Shown here: positions 1 to 10,109 of the stretch, in pieces
How positions within the stretch are numbered: the first letter of the stretch is position 1
How the letters are laid out: each line of letters begins with the position of its first letter
Assembly (NCBI GenBank): GCA_963761305.1
Contig: CAVXGK010000002.1
Coordinates: 544,001-608,000, forward strand
From: an uncultured Gemmatimonadaceae bacterium
GTDB taxonomy: Bacteria > Gemmatimonadota > Gemmatimonadetes > Gemmatimonadales > Gemmatimonadaceae
Reading direction: 5' to 3'
Length of the DNA: 64,000 nucleotides
Position numbers and translations under genes: made by a program
Notes under the pieces: generated by a model
Databases searched by the model: none
The model's input: only the letters and a program-made list of their open reading frames with translations
Told to the model about the DNA's origin: nothing

Positions 1-1280
1 TTCCACGATTCGACGACGTGTTCGCCGACGTCGGTGACGAGCAGTCGATCGAGGCGAGCCTCTCCACGTTCAGCGCGCACGTCAAGAACCTCGGCGAGAT
101 CCTGCGTCACGCGACGGCCGATTCGCTCGTGCTCATCGACGAGCTGGGGTCGGGCACCGATCCCACGGAAGGCGCGGCGCTGGGGTGGGCAATCCTCGAG
201 AACCTCACCGCCCGCGGCACGCTCACCGTCGCGACCACGCACCTCGGCGCGTTGAAGGAATTGGCCGGACAGGTCGGCGGCGTGGTGAACGCGTCGCTGC
301 AATTCGACGCCGTCGCGTTGGCGCCGACATACAGACTGATCAAGGGTGTGCCGGGCCGATCGTACGGCATCTCGATCGCTCGTCGCCTCGCGTTGCCCGA
401 CGCCGTGGTCGCGCGCGCCGAGGAGCGCGTGCCGCAGCACGAGCGTGAGGTCGCCGCGCTCGTCGAACAGCTCGAACGTCGCGACGAAGAGCTGGCGGCG
501 CGCGAACGCGAGGCCTCGACGATTCTCGACGACGCACGCGAGCGAATGGCGACGCTCGCCAAACGCGAGCACAGTGTCCGGGAACGCGAGCGCATGGCCG
601 AGCGCGAGGCCCGACAGGATACCCGCCGCTATCTGCTCGATGCGCGCGCCGAGATCGACCGCACGATTCGCGATCTCAAGGCGCGCGCGGCCGGTGAGCT
701 GGACGAGGCGGGTCGCGAGGCGCGCCAGCGCGCCGAGCAACTGGCGTCGAAACAGAACGCGGAGCTCGAGCGACTCGATCGCGAAGACGCCAACGTCAAA
801 CGCCGCGATACGCCGAGAAGCGCCGAAACGATTGCCTCCGCGATCACGGCCGGCACGGCGGTCGCCGTCGCCACCCTCGGCGGAAAGGTCGGGCGTGTCG
901 TCGAGCTGCGGGATGCCGCCGCGGTCGTCGTCGTGGGTGCGCTGAAGCTGACCGTCGAGCGCACGTCCCTCACTCCGGTGGACGCCTCCGAGTTGCGCGA
1001 GGTGAGCGGCTGGACAGGTGATCTCCCCGACGTGCACGTTCCCTCGGAGATCGACGTGCGCGGCATGCGGCCCGACGAGGCCGAGGCCGCGGTGCTCCAG
1101 GCTCTCGACGGCGCTGTGCGCGCGGATCTGCGAATGCTGCGAATCATCCACGGCAAGGGAACCGGCGCGCTGCGCGAACGCGTCGGCGAGATGCTGCGCA
1201 AGGACACGCGCGTCCGCGAATTCCGCCTCGGCGCGTGGAACGAAGGCGGCGCCGGCGTCACCGTGGCGGAGCTCGCGTGA
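1..1280 (+). CDS. mutS2: Endonuclease MutS2 (5'-truncated by window edge)
   Basis: MutS ATPase motifs (DVGDEQSI, LIDELGSGTDP, TTH), coiled coil and C-terminal Smr domain (IDVRGM...IIHGKGTG). Confidence 0.95.
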   Translation, partial: PRFDDVFADVGDEQSIEASLSTFSAHVKNLGEILRHATADSLVLIDELGSGTDPTEGAALGWAILENLTARGTLTVATTHLGALKELAGQVGGVVNASLQFDAVALAPTYRLIKGVPGRSYGISIARRLALPDAVVARAEERVPQHEREVAALVEQLERRDEELAAREREASTILDDARERMATLAKREHSVRERERMAEREARQDTRRYLLDARAEIDRTIRDLKARAAGELDEAGREARQRAEQLASKQNAELERLDREDANVKRRDTPRSAETIASAITAGTAVAVATLGGKVGRVVELRDAAAVVVVGALKLTVERTSLTPVDASELREVSGWTGDLPDVHVPSEIDVRGMRPDEAEAAVLQALDGAVRADLRMLRIIHGKGTGALRERVGEMLRKDTRVREFRLGAWNEGGAGVTVAELA

Positions 1281-3100
1281 TCCCTGACGACGTCGTCGAT
1301 CGCGTTCGGCAGGAAGCCGACATCGTGGCCATCGTCGGCGAGTACGTGAAGCTCAAGCGGGTGGGGAACAGCTTTCGCGGACCGTGTCCGTTTCACCACG
1401 GCAAGGGGCCGAACTTCTCCGTCACGCCGCGCGGCTACAACTGTTTCGTCTGCCACGAGTCGGGCGACGTCTTCACCTTCGTCGAAAAGCACCTCGGGCT
1501 CGATTTCATCGAAGCCGTGAAGTGGGTCGGCGCCAAGAGCGGCGTCGAGGTCCGCGAGGTGAGTCGCTCGCGCGACGAACGCGATCCTCGCGAGCCGATG
1601 TGGGAGGTGAACGCAAGCGCCGCCGATTTCTTCCGGAATCAGTTGTGGGAGTCGGAGCAGGGCAGCGTGGCTCGCGCGTACCTCGCGTCGCGCGGACTTT
1701 CGCACGACGACGCGGATCGTTTCGGACTCGGCCTCGCGCCGCGCGATCCCGCCGCGATGCGAAAAGCGCTCGGCGCACTCGGATTCGACGATGACCGCCA
1801 ACGCGCCGCCGGACTGCTGCTCATGCGTGAAGGCGAAACCGAGGTGCGCACGCGATTCCGCGGGCGTCTCATGATCCCGATCTACGACGCGTCCGGACAC
1901 GTCGCTGGATTCGGTGGACGGGTGCTCGACGATCGTGAGCCGAAATACCTCAACTCCGCCGAGTCGGAGCTCTTTGCGAAGCGTTCGCTCCTGTACGGAC
2001 TGAACTGGGCGAAGCAGGCGATTCGAAAGGCCGACCGGCTCATCGTCGTCGAGGGCTACTTCGACCTGATCCGCCTTCACCTCGCCGGCATCGTCGAGGT
2101 CGTCGCGCCGATGGGCACCGCGCTGACCGAGCAGCAGACGGCGCTCATCCGCAAGTACACCAAGAACGTCTTCCTTCTCTACGACAGTGACAACGCGGGG
2201 CTCAAAGCCACGTTCCGCTCGGGCGACGAGCTGCTGCGCGCCGGCGCGACGGTGCGCGTGATCACGCTGCCCGCAGGCGAGGACCCCGATTCGTTCGTCG
2301 CGAAAGCCGGCGCCGAGGGATTCGAGCGTGCGGCTGCGGCGTCCATCGACCTCTTCGACCGAAAGATCCAACTGCTCGAGCGCGGCGGATGGTTCTCCGA
2401 TCTGCGGCGCAAGCGCCAAGCGCTCGACAAGCTGCTGCCGACGATTCGCGTCACGGCCGATCGCTTGCTGCGGGACCTCTACGTCTCGCGCACAAGCGAG
2501 GTCGCGGGTATTCCTCCCGAAGCGATCACGCGCGAGCTGGATGCTCCGGCGCCGCGCGGCGCCGCGGCCGGACGAGACAAGCCGGAGCGAGAGGAAGCGG
2601 CGCAGGCCCGATCGGCGCCCCCCAATCGCACCGCTCGCCGCGTCGTCGGTCCACGCGCGGAGCGAGAGCTCGTGCGTGCGCTCCTGCACCGTCGCCGCTA
2701 CGTGGAAGCCGCCGCCGAGCGAGTCGACCCCGAGGCCTTCACCGATTCGACCTACCGCGCGATCTTCGAGCGGCTGGCGGTGTTGGACCCGGAGGCCCCG
2801 ATCGACGAGCTGGCGCTCACGCTCGACGACCAAACGATCGAGGTGATGCAGCAACTCCTCGAGGAGACGGGCGGATTGGATCACGCGGCGGAGACGGTCG
2901 ACGCGAGCATCAACGACTTCGCCCGGCGTCGGATTGGCGCGCGCATGACCGAGATCGATCGCTTCCTTCCCCTCGCCGACGCGAATGCGAAGGACGAATT
3001 GATTCGCGAAAAACGCCGTTTGGCGGCCGAACTGCAGGCTCTCGGGCGGCCTCGTTGGAAAAACTTCACCGCCTCGACGCCACCCGCGATACCTTCCTGA
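1277..3100 (+). CDS. dnaG: DNA primase
   Basis: CHC2 zinc finger (CPFH...CFVC), PKYLNS motif, TOPRIM VVEGYFD and YDSD; GTG start overlaps the mutS2 stop (GTGA). Confidence 0.95.
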   Translation: MIPDDVVDRVRQEADIVAIVGEYVKLKRVGNSFRGPCPFHHGKGPNFSVTPRGYNCFVCHESGDVFTFVEKHLGLDFIEAVKWVGAKSGVEVREVSRSRDERDPREPMWEVNASAADFFRNQLWESEQGSVARAYLASRGLSHDDADRFGLGLAPRDPAAMRKALGALGFDDDRQRAAGLLLMREGETEVRTRFRGRLMIPIYDASGHVAGFGGRVLDDREPKYLNSAESELFAKRSLLYGLNWAKQAIRKADRLIVVEGYFDLIRLHLAGIVEVVAPMGTALTEQQTALIRKYTKNVFLLYDSDNAGLKATFRSGDELLRAGATVRVITLPAGEDPDSFVAKAGAEGFERAAAASIDLFDRKIQLLERGGWFSDLRRKRQALDKLLPTIRVTADRLLRDLYVSRTSEVAGIPPEAITRELDAPAPRGAAAGRDKPEREEAAQARSAPPNRTARRVVGPRAERELVRALLHRRRYVEAAAERVDPEAFTDSTYRAIFERLAVLDPEAPIDELALTLDDQTIEVMQQLLEETGGLDHAAETVDASINDFARRRIGARMTEIDRFLPLADANAKDELIREKRRLAAELQALGRPRWKNFTASTPPAIPS

Positions 3101-3134
3101 TTGGCAGGATGCTCTCACCCTTGTTGGAGGTCTC

Positions 3135-3839
3135 GTGCACCCAGACGTTGGCGCACTGCTGGCAGTACAGGACGATGATGTCAACATTCGACAGCTCGAG
3201 AATCAGCTCGCCCAGTTGGGCCCGCAACTCGACGCGCTCGCCAGAGAAAAAGACGCCGCTAGCGCGTTGCTCGAGCAGGCGACGCAGACCGCCGACACGG
3301 AGGAGCGCCGGCGACACGAAGTGGCGGCTCGCGTGGCGCAGCATCGCTCGCTGCAGGAGAAGAATCAGGCGACGCTGAACAGCGTGACGTCGATGCGCGA
3401 AGCCACCGCCGCCACCGCGCAGCTCGAGCAGGCGAAGCGAATGATCGACGAAGACGAGCGCGAGTTGGCGGCCATCGGCCAGCGCCTCGTCGCGGCGCGC
3501 AAGCTCGCCGAGGACCGAAGCCACGTCGTCGCGGAGCTCGAGGTGGCGCAGGCGGAGAAACACAACTCGCTGTCGGCCGACCGCGAGGCGCTCGAGACAC
3601 AGATCGCCGAGGCGCGTGCGGCGCGCAATGCCAAGGCAACGGCCGTCCCGCGCAGTCTTCTCTCGACCTACGATCGGATTCGTCTGCGGAGACCGGGACC
3701 CGCCGTCTTTCCGTTGCGCGGCCCGTCGTGCGGCAACTGCGATACGATGATTCCCTTGCAACGCCGAAGCTCGATGGTCGGAAGCGGCGACACCGTGATC
3801 TGTGAAGGTTGCGGCGTGATGCTGTACGCGACGGAATGA
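3135..3839 (+). CDS. Coiled-coil protein with C4-type zinc ribbon (DUF164-like)
   Basis: Long coiled coil followed by CGNC...CEGC; GGAGG Shine-Dalgarno upstream. Confidence 0.85.
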   Translation: MHPDVGALLAVQDDDVNIRQLENQLAQLGPQLDALAREKDAASALLEQATQTADTEERRRHEVAARVAQHRSLQEKNQATLNSVTSMREATAATAQLEQAKRMIDEDERELAAIGQRLVAARKLAEDRSHVVAELEVAQAEKHNSLSADREALETQIAEARAARNAKATAVPRSLLSTYDRIRLRRPGPAVFPLRGPSCGNCDTMIPLQRRSSMVGSGDTVICEGCGVMLYATE

Positions 3840-3877
3840 TGATTGTTGTGACCCTGTCGCGTCCCTAGCTTGTTGGC

Positions 3878-5611
3878 GTGAGCGCTTCCGAAGTCGCTGC
3901 TCCCGCCCCGGTTCGTCCACGCGCCCGCTGGCTGCTGCCGAAGGAGCCGGACGCATCGATCGTCGCCCAGCTCCAGGACGAGCTTCGACTCCCGCACGCC
4001 GTCTGCCGGTTGCTCGCGATCCGCGGATTCGGCGAGCCGGATCACGCCAAGGCGTATCTTCGTCCGCGGCTCGACCATCTGCACGAGCCGGCCAAACTCG
4101 CCGATCTCGATCGCGCCGTCGAGCGGCTCTCGCGTGCGATTCGCGACAAGGAGACGATCCTCGTCCACGGCGACTACGACGTGGACGGCATCTGCTCGAC
4201 GACGCTCATGGTGCGTACGATCCGAATGCTCGGCGGAACCGTCGTCCCGTTCATTCCGCGGCGTTCCACCGACGGCTACGACCTCGGCGACGCCGGCGTG
4301 CGTGCGGCGGAGGCGTGCGGTGCGGGTCTCGTCCTCACGTGCGACTGCGGCACCAGCGCGCACGCGCCGATCGCCAAGCTCCAGTCGGCGGGCGTCGACG
4401 TAATCGTCGCCGACCACCACCTGCCGAGTGGGCCGCTCCCACCCGCGTACGCGGTGCTGAATCCAAAGCGCCCGGGATGTGAATCGCCGGACAAGGATCT
4501 CGCCGCCGTTGGCGTGGCGTTCAAGCTCGCGCTCGCGCTGACGCGCGCGATGAACGGCAACGTGAATTCGGTGTTCGCGATGCTCGACTTGGTCGCGCTG
4601 GCGACGATCGCCGACGTCGCGCCCCTGCGCGGCGAAAACCGCGTGCTGGTTCGGTACGGGCTCAAGCTGCTCAATGAACCCGTGCGCGCCGGCATCCGCG
4701 CCATGGTTCGCGCGACGGGTCTCGAGGGACGAGCGCTCACCGCGGGCCGCGTCGGGTTCATTCTCGCGCCTCGCTTGAACGCCGCGGGCCGCCTCGAGAG
4801 CGCGCTGCGCGGCGTCGAGCTCCTGCTCGCGACGAGCGACCAGGAAGCGAACCCGATCGCCCGCGAGCTGGAGGAGTTGAACGCGCGACGGCAAGAGATC
4901 GACCGCGCCACGCTCGAGCAGGTGCGAGAGCGCGTCATCGCGCTGGACTTGCCGTCCACGTACGGCATCGTGCTGGCGGAGCAAGGCTGGCATCCCGGCG
5001 TGATCGGCATCGTCGCGTCCCGAGTCGTGGAGGAGTTCGGACGGCCGACAATGCTCATCGCGCTCGAGGGCGACACTGGGAAGGGATCTGGCCGTTCGAT
5101 CAGCGCCTTTGATTTGCACGGGGGGCTGTCCGAGTGCCGCGACTTGTTGCTGCGGTTCGGCGGACACAAGTCGGCGGCCGGCATCACGATCGCGGCGGAC
5201 CGCGTCGACGCGTTCGCGGCTCAGTTCAACGCGGTCGCGCGCTCGAAGCTCACGCCGGCGGATCTGATCCCCGAGCTGCGCGTCGATCTCGAGGTGCCGC
5301 TCGAGCAGGTTAACGAGGACCTCGAGTCGCTGCTCCGGCATCTCGAGCCCTGCGGTATGGGAAACCCGTCGCCGCTGCTGCTGACGCGCGGAGTCACCGT
5401 TGCCGCGCCGCCGCGCGTCGTCGGTACGGACGGCCTCAAGCTCGTCTTGAGCGACGGCGAGAGGCGCCTCACCGCGCTCGGCTGGGGGATGGGTCCGAGG
5501 CTTCGCGAGGTGGAGGAAGGCGCGACGATCGACGTCGCGTACCGCCTCGAGCGCGACGTATGGAACGGGGAGTCGCGCCTCCAGGCCCGGCTGTCGGACT
5601 TCCGCGCCTAG
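3878..5611 (+). CDS. recJ: Single-stranded-DNA exonuclease RecJ
   Basis: DHH-family motifs GDYDVDG, DCG, DHH, PRLNAAGR, GSGRS, FGGH. Confidence 0.95.
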   Translation: MSASEVAAPAPVRPRARWLLPKEPDASIVAQLQDELRLPHAVCRLLAIRGFGEPDHAKAYLRPRLDHLHEPAKLADLDRAVERLSRAIRDKETILVHGDYDVDGICSTTLMVRTIRMLGGTVVPFIPRRSTDGYDLGDAGVRAAEACGAGLVLTCDCGTSAHAPIAKLQSAGVDVIVADHHLPSGPLPPAYAVLNPKRPGCESPDKDLAAVGVAFKLALALTRAMNGNVNSVFAMLDLVALATIADVAPLRGENRVLVRYGLKLLNEPVRAGIRAMVRATGLEGRALTAGRVGFILAPRLNAAGRLESALRGVELLLATSDQEANPIARELEELNARRQEIDRATLEQVRERVIALDLPSTYGIVLAEQGWHPGVIGIVASRVVEEFGRPTMLIALEGDTGKGSGRSISAFDLHGGLSECRDLLLRFGGHKSAAGITIAADRVDAFAAQFNAVARSKLTPADLIPELRVDLEVPLEQVNEDLESLLRHLEPCGMGNPSPLLLTRGVTVAAPPRVVGTDGLKLVLSDGERRLTALGWGMGPRLREVEEGATIDVAYRLERDVWNGESRLQARLSDFRA

Positions 5612-5622
5612 AAGACCCATCC

Positions 5623-6144
5623 GTGCGCATCGTCGCCGGCCGGTGGCGCGGGCGAAGAATCGCTGCGCCGAAGGATGCGCGCGTTCGCCCCACCGCCGAC
5701 CGCGTCCGCGAGGCGTGGATGAGCATCGTCGGAGCATGGCTGCCTGACGCGCGTGTCCTCGACCTGTTCGCCGGATCCGGGGCGCTCGGACTCGAAGCGC
5801 TTTCGCGCGGAGCAGCCGTCGTGGATTTCGTCGAGATCTCACCGGCGAGCATCGCGGCGATCCGCGACAACGCCGCCCATCTCGACGCCGGCGATGCAGC
5901 GATCATCCACCGCGCCGATGCACTGCGTTTCGCCGAGAAGCTGAACGCCGGCGCCTACGACCTCGCCTTCGCTGATCCGCCATACGACATCGCGCTGGCC
6001 ACCCGTCTCGCCGAGCAGTGGCTGGTCACGCCGTTCGCGTCGATCCTCGGCGTCGAGCACCGGTCGTCGGAGACGCTTCCCGGTGATCCGGACCGGCGCC
6101 GCTACGGCGACACGGCAATCAGCTTCTACGGCCTCGAGCGGTGA
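5623..6144 (+). CDS. rsmD: 16S rRNA m2G966 methyltransferase RsmD
   Basis: MRIVAG start, RPTADRVRE, LDLFAGSGALG, DPPY. Confidence 0.92.
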   Translation: MRIVAGRWRGRRIAAPKDARVRPTADRVREAWMSIVGAWLPDARVLDLFAGSGALGLEALSRGAAVVDFVEISPASIAAIRDNAAHLDAGDAAIIHRADALRFAEKLNAGAYDLAFADPPYDIALATRLAEQWLVTPFASILGVEHRSSETLPGDPDRRRYGDTAISFYGLER

Positions 6145-6184
6145 CGAGCGACCCTCTCCCGTTCGGACTATAATTCTCCGCGCC

Positions 6185-6667
6185 ATGCGAACCGCTCTCT
6201 ACGCCGGCAGCTTCGACCCGATCACTCGCGGCCATGAAGATCTCATGCTGCGGAGTCTCGCGTATGTCGACCGGCTCATCGTGGCCGTCGCCACGAATTC
6301 GACGAAGAACCCGATCTTCACGGTGCAAGAGCGCGTCGACTTGATTCGGGCGACCGTCTCGAACGAGTCCCGCATCACCGTGAAGAGCTTCGATGGGCTT
6401 CTCGTCGAGTTCGCCGCGCAGGAAGGCGCGCAGCTTCTCATCCGCGGCCTGCGCGCGGTGAGCGACTTCGAGTACGAGTATCAAATGGCGCTCATGAACC
6501 GCCATCTCTCGCCCAAGCTCGAGACCGTGTTCATGGTGCCGTCGCTCGACACGACGTACATCAGCGCGAGCCTGGTGCGCGAGATCGCTCGCTACGGCGG
6601 CGACGTGTCGAGCCTCGTGCACCCGGCGGTCGCCGCGGCGCTCAAGGCGCGTCTGTCGCCGAAATGA
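6185..6667 (+). CDS. coaD: Phosphopantetheine adenylyltransferase
   Basis: YAGSFDPITRGH, RGLRAVSDFEYE; TATAAT just upstream. Confidence 0.95.
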   Translation: MRTALYAGSFDPITRGHEDLMLRSLAYVDRLIVAVATNSTKNPIFTVQERVDLIRATVSNESRITVKSFDGLLVEFAAQEGAQLLIRGLRAVSDFEYEYQMALMNRHLSPKLETVFMVPSLDTTYISASLVREIARYGGDVSSLVHPAVAAALKARLSPK

Positions 6668-7689
6668 ATTTCTTAGCGTCGCTGCACGGCCGCGCGGCGG
6701 CGGCCGCGCGGCGCATTATGTTTCCTGAATCCGCGGACGAGCGGACGCGAGCCGCGGTGTCCGAGCTCGCCCGCCGTGGAATCGTGCGCCCGATCGTGGT
6801 GCTCGATCACGGAGCGCCGGAGAGCCACGCCGCGGTTCGCGCATTGGGTGTGGACGTGCTGGACCCGATGCAGCAACCACTTCCGGAGACTGCCCTCAAC
6901 GATTTTCTCAGCCGGCACGGGGCGCGCGGTATCACAAAAGAAGAAGGACGTTCCATTCTCCACACGCCGCTGCACTACGCCGATGCGATCGTCGCGCTGG
7001 GCGGTGCGGACGGCTGCGTCGCCGGCGCGATGCACACCACCGGCGACGTGCTGCGCTCGGCGCTCTGGCTCGTGGGTCCGGCGACCGGAGTGCGCACCGT
7101 CTCGAGCGCCTTCTACATGGTCGTGAAAGCGTTCCGTGGACCGAGCGAGGAGGTGCTCACCTTCACCGACTGCGCGGTCGTCCGCTACCCGACGTCCACG
7201 CAGCTCGCCGACATCGCCGTTGCCGCGGCCATCGACCGGCGGCGCATCGTCGGTGACGAGCCGATCGTGGCGTTTCTTTCGTTTAGCACGCGGGGCAGCG
7301 CGTCGGGCACGTCGGTGGACACCGTTCGCGACGCGGTCGCCGAGGTGCGAGCGCGAATGCCCGGGCTCGCGGTGGACGGAGAATTGCAAGGAGACGCAGC
7401 GCTCGCTTCGGCCGTGGCCGGTAGGAAGGCGCCGGATAGCGCCGTTGCGGGACGCGCTAACGTACTGGTGTTTCCATCGCTCGATGCGGGAAACATCGCG
7501 TACAAGTTGGTGCAGCGATTGGCTCACGCGAATGCGATCGGGCCGATCGTGCAGGGATTGAGTCGGCCGTGCAGCGATCTTTCGCGCGGCGCGGTCGTGG
7601 AGGACATATTCAACGTGGCCGCTGTGACGGCGCTCCAATCCGTGAGCGTCCCGGCGGTGAACGAGGCCCGCCAGGAGAGTACGACATGA
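6664..7689 (+). CDS. pta: Phosphate acetyltransferase (Pta family)
   Basis: FPES..R, DGELQGDAA, FPSLDAGNIAYK, DLSRG motifs. Confidence 0.88.
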   Translation: MNFLASLHGRAAAAARRIMFPESADERTRAAVSELARRGIVRPIVVLDHGAPESHAAVRALGVDVLDPMQQPLPETALNDFLSRHGARGITKEEGRSILHTPLHYADAIVALGGADGCVAGAMHTTGDVLRSALWLVGPATGVRTVSSAFYMVVKAFRGPSEEVLTFTDCAVVRYPTSTQLADIAVAAAIDRRRIVGDEPIVAFLSFSTRGSASGTSVDTVRDAVAEVRARMPGLAVDGELQGDAALASAVAGRKAPDSAVAGRANVLVFPSLDAGNIAYKLVQRLAHANAIGPIVQGLSRPCSDLSRGAVVEDIFNVAAVTALQSVSVPAVNEARQESTT

Positions 7690-8018
7690 GCTTCTCGATC
7701 AAGAAGGACGGGCAGGTCGTAGTGGTGGACGTGGAGGGCCAGCTGATCGTCGGCAATCGCCAGGAGCTGAAGCAGAAGGTGCTCGACGAGTTGGAGCGCG
7801 GTGAACGCCGATTCTTGATCGACTTCGCGCAGACGGGATACATCGACAGTTCCGGCCTTGGCGTGCTCGTTTCACTGTCGAAGAAGATTCGTGAGCAGGG
7901 CGGTGAGCTCCGCCTGGCGAATCTCAATGACGACCTCAAGACGCTGTTCGAGTTGACGAAGCTGGACACGCTGTTCCAAATCGCCGACACCCGCGACCGA
8001 GCGTTGAAGAGCTTCTGA
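7686..8018 (+). CDS. STAS-domain anti-anti-sigma factor (RsbV/SpoIIAA-like)
   Basis: IDSSGLGVL phospho-serine motif, 110 aa; ATGA overlap with pta. Confidence 0.92.
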   Translation: MSFSIKKDGQVVVVDVEGQLIVGNRQELKQKVLDELERGERRFLIDFAQTGYIDSSGLGVLVSLSKKIREQGGELRLANLNDDLKTLFELTKLDTLFQIADTRDRALKSF

Positions 8019-8497
8019 CACATCCGGACGGCCGTCCCATCCAGCCCGGTTCCCCGGGCCGCTCCGACCATTCCGGCGACCCCGCTCGGGTCGTTGAACT
8101 CGACATTCCCAACGACGTTCGCTACATCGAGAACGTCGTTGAACTGGTGCGCCGCGAGTGCATCGAGCTGTCGTACGGCCAGCGACAGCTCATGCTCAAC
8201 GTCCCCGTCGCGCTGACCGAAGCGTTGTCCAACGCGATCCTGCGCGGCAACGGCGACGATCCGGCCAAACACGTCCACGTCCGGGCCGAAGTCGACTCGG
8301 AGCGGCTCGTCGTCGAGGTTGCCGACGAGGGCGCCGGGTTCGATCTCGACGCCTCGCTCGTCGACCCGACCACTCCGGGAAACATCGATCGCGAGGACGG
8401 CCGCGGCCTGTTCCTGATGCGAAAGCTCATGGACCGCGTCGAGCGTATCGAGGCTCCCCACGGAAGCGTCGTGCGCATGACGCTGCACCGCGAATGA
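8015..8497 (+). CDS. Anti-sigma factor / Ser kinase (RsbW-like HATPase); start uncertain, possibly CTG
   Basis: EALSNAI..GN, DEGAGFD, GRGLFLM motifs. Frame is open upstream of the first GTG (8147) and includes the VELDIPND N-terminal segment. Confidence 0.82.
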   Translation: MTHPDGRPIQPGSPGRSDHSGDPARVVELDIPNDVRYIENVVELVRRECIELSYGQRQLMLNVPVALTEALSNAILRGNGDDPAKHVHVRAEVDSERLVVEVADEGAGFDLDASLVDPTTPGNIDREDGRGLFLMRKLMDRVERIEAPHGSVVRMTLHRE

Positions 8498-10089
8498 CCG
8501 AGCTGTCCGAAGTCCTCGAGGCCTTCGAGGCCGCGACGCAGTGCGAGGCGGCGATCTGGATGCACGCCGCCGGAGATCCGCGGTCGATCGTGCGCGTCGC
8601 GTCGACCCGCGCGTCGCCGGAGATCCACGAATTCCCTGAGCCGGTCGAAGGGGAACGGGTGGTGCCGATCCCCGACGGTGAGGCGATCGTGTCCCTCGTG
8701 CCAGGTCCGCGCCGCGCATGGCTGGTCGTTGGACCCTCCCACACCGCGAGTGACGCGCGCCTCCTCACCCGGCTCCTCCTGCCCGTCGTCTCCCACTACC
8801 TCCAGTCCGCGCTCGAAGTCGAGCACGCCGCCAACGAGCTCGCCGAACGCTACGAGGAGATCAATCTCCTCTACACGATCAGCGAGATTCTCGGACGCAC
8901 GGTGTCGCTCGAGGAGGCGACGAAGACGATCCTGTCCGAAGTCTCCGAAACGGTCGGCGCGCGCCGCGCCACGGTGCTGGTTCTCGACCGGCCCACCAAC
9001 ACCCTTCGAGCCGTCGCCGCCCTCGGCGTCGACCTCATCGACGTCCCGCCAATTTCCGTGGACGATGCGTGCAGCGTGAGCGCGCAGGTGTTTCGGTCGC
9101 GCCACCCGGCGCTCCTCGACGGCGACGAATCGCTGTGCCCCGAAGAAGCCAGCTATCGTCGCGGCGCCATGCTCTCGGTGCCGATCATGTGGACGGCACC
9201 CGTGCCCCGCGAACCCGAGACGCTCGGCGTGGTGAATCTCTCGGACCGGCGATCGGGACAGCCGTTCACCGCCGGCGACCAGAAGCTCATCGCCGCCATC
9301 GCGACGCAGATCGGCACCGCGATCCAGAACGCGCGGCTCGTGCGCGCGTCGATCGAGCAGCAGCGGCTCGCGCACGAGATGCAGCTCGCGCACGACCTGC
9401 AGATGAAGCTCCTGCCCGACAACCAGATCGTGAGGGCGAACGCGCATGTCGCGGCGCGCGTCATTCCGGCCGAAAGCGTCGGCGGCGACTTCTACAACCT
9501 CTTCCACCTCGGCGAGTCGCGCACCGGCGTCATGATCGGCGACGTCTCGGGCCATGGCTATCAGGCGGCGCTCATCATGGCGCTGACCATGAGCGCGTCG
9601 GCGATCCATGCCCAGGCGACGACCGATCCGGGCAAGATGCTCCAGGCCCTGGCCCTGACGCTGCGCGAAGAGCTGACGATGACCGAAATGTTCATCTCGG
9701 CGTTTTACGCCGTGATCGATCCGCTCGCCGGCGAGCTGCGGTACTCGAACACGGGGCACCCGCACGCCTTCGTCTTGTCGCCCGGCAAAGGCATCGAGCG
9801 CCTCGCCGCGACCGATCCGCCGCTCGGCATGGACGAGCGCGCGCCGACTACCGTGACGCGATCCTGGAACCGCGACAAGGATCTTCTCGTCCTCTTCACC
9901 GACGGCGTCAGCGACGCGCGCAATCGAGTCGGCGAACGGCTCGGCGAGAATCGCGTGCTCGACGTCGTGCGGTCATTCGCGGACGCGGAGCCGCCGGCCA
10001 TTCTCGATCACATCATCGACGAGCTGAACACGCACCGCGACGGCGCCCCGCTGCGCGACGATCTCACGATCGTATTGCTGCGCAGCTGA
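8494..10089 (+). CDS. GAF + PP2C (SpoIIE/RsbU-type) serine phosphatase
   Basis: GAF region followed by VGGDFY, GDVSGHG, FTDG and DDLT motifs. Confidence 0.92.
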   Translation: MTELSEVLEAFEAATQCEAAIWMHAAGDPRSIVRVASTRASPEIHEFPEPVEGERVVPIPDGEAIVSLVPGPRRAWLVVGPSHTASDARLLTRLLLPVVSHYLQSALEVEHAANELAERYEEINLLYTISEILGRTVSLEEATKTILSEVSETVGARRATVLVLDRPTNTLRAVAALGVDLIDVPPISVDDACSVSAQVFRSRHPALLDGDESLCPEEASYRRGAMLSVPIMWTAPVPREPETLGVVNLSDRRSGQPFTAGDQKLIAAIATQIGTAIQNARLVRASIEQQRLAHEMQLAHDLQMKLLPDNQIVRANAHVAARVIPAESVGGDFYNLFHLGESRTGVMIGDVSGHGYQAALIMALTMSASAIHAQATTDPGKMLQALALTLREELTMTEMFISAFYAVIDPLAGELRYSNTGHPHAFVLSPGKGIERLAATDPPLGMDERAPTTVTRSWNRDKDLLVLFTDGVSDARNRVGERLGENRVLDVVRSFADAEPPAILDHIIDELNTHRDGAPLRDDLTIVLLRS

Positions 10090-10109
10090 TCGTCCGTCAT
10101 CGGCCAGCC

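Noticed and set aside
629..3187. 852-aa minus-strand ORF and many similar long shadow ORFs (e.g. 30647-33688, 3668-5842, 16509-17222 extension)
   Set aside because: Antisense or alternate-frame shadows of well-supported genes in high-GC DNA; Arg/Ala-rich with no motifs
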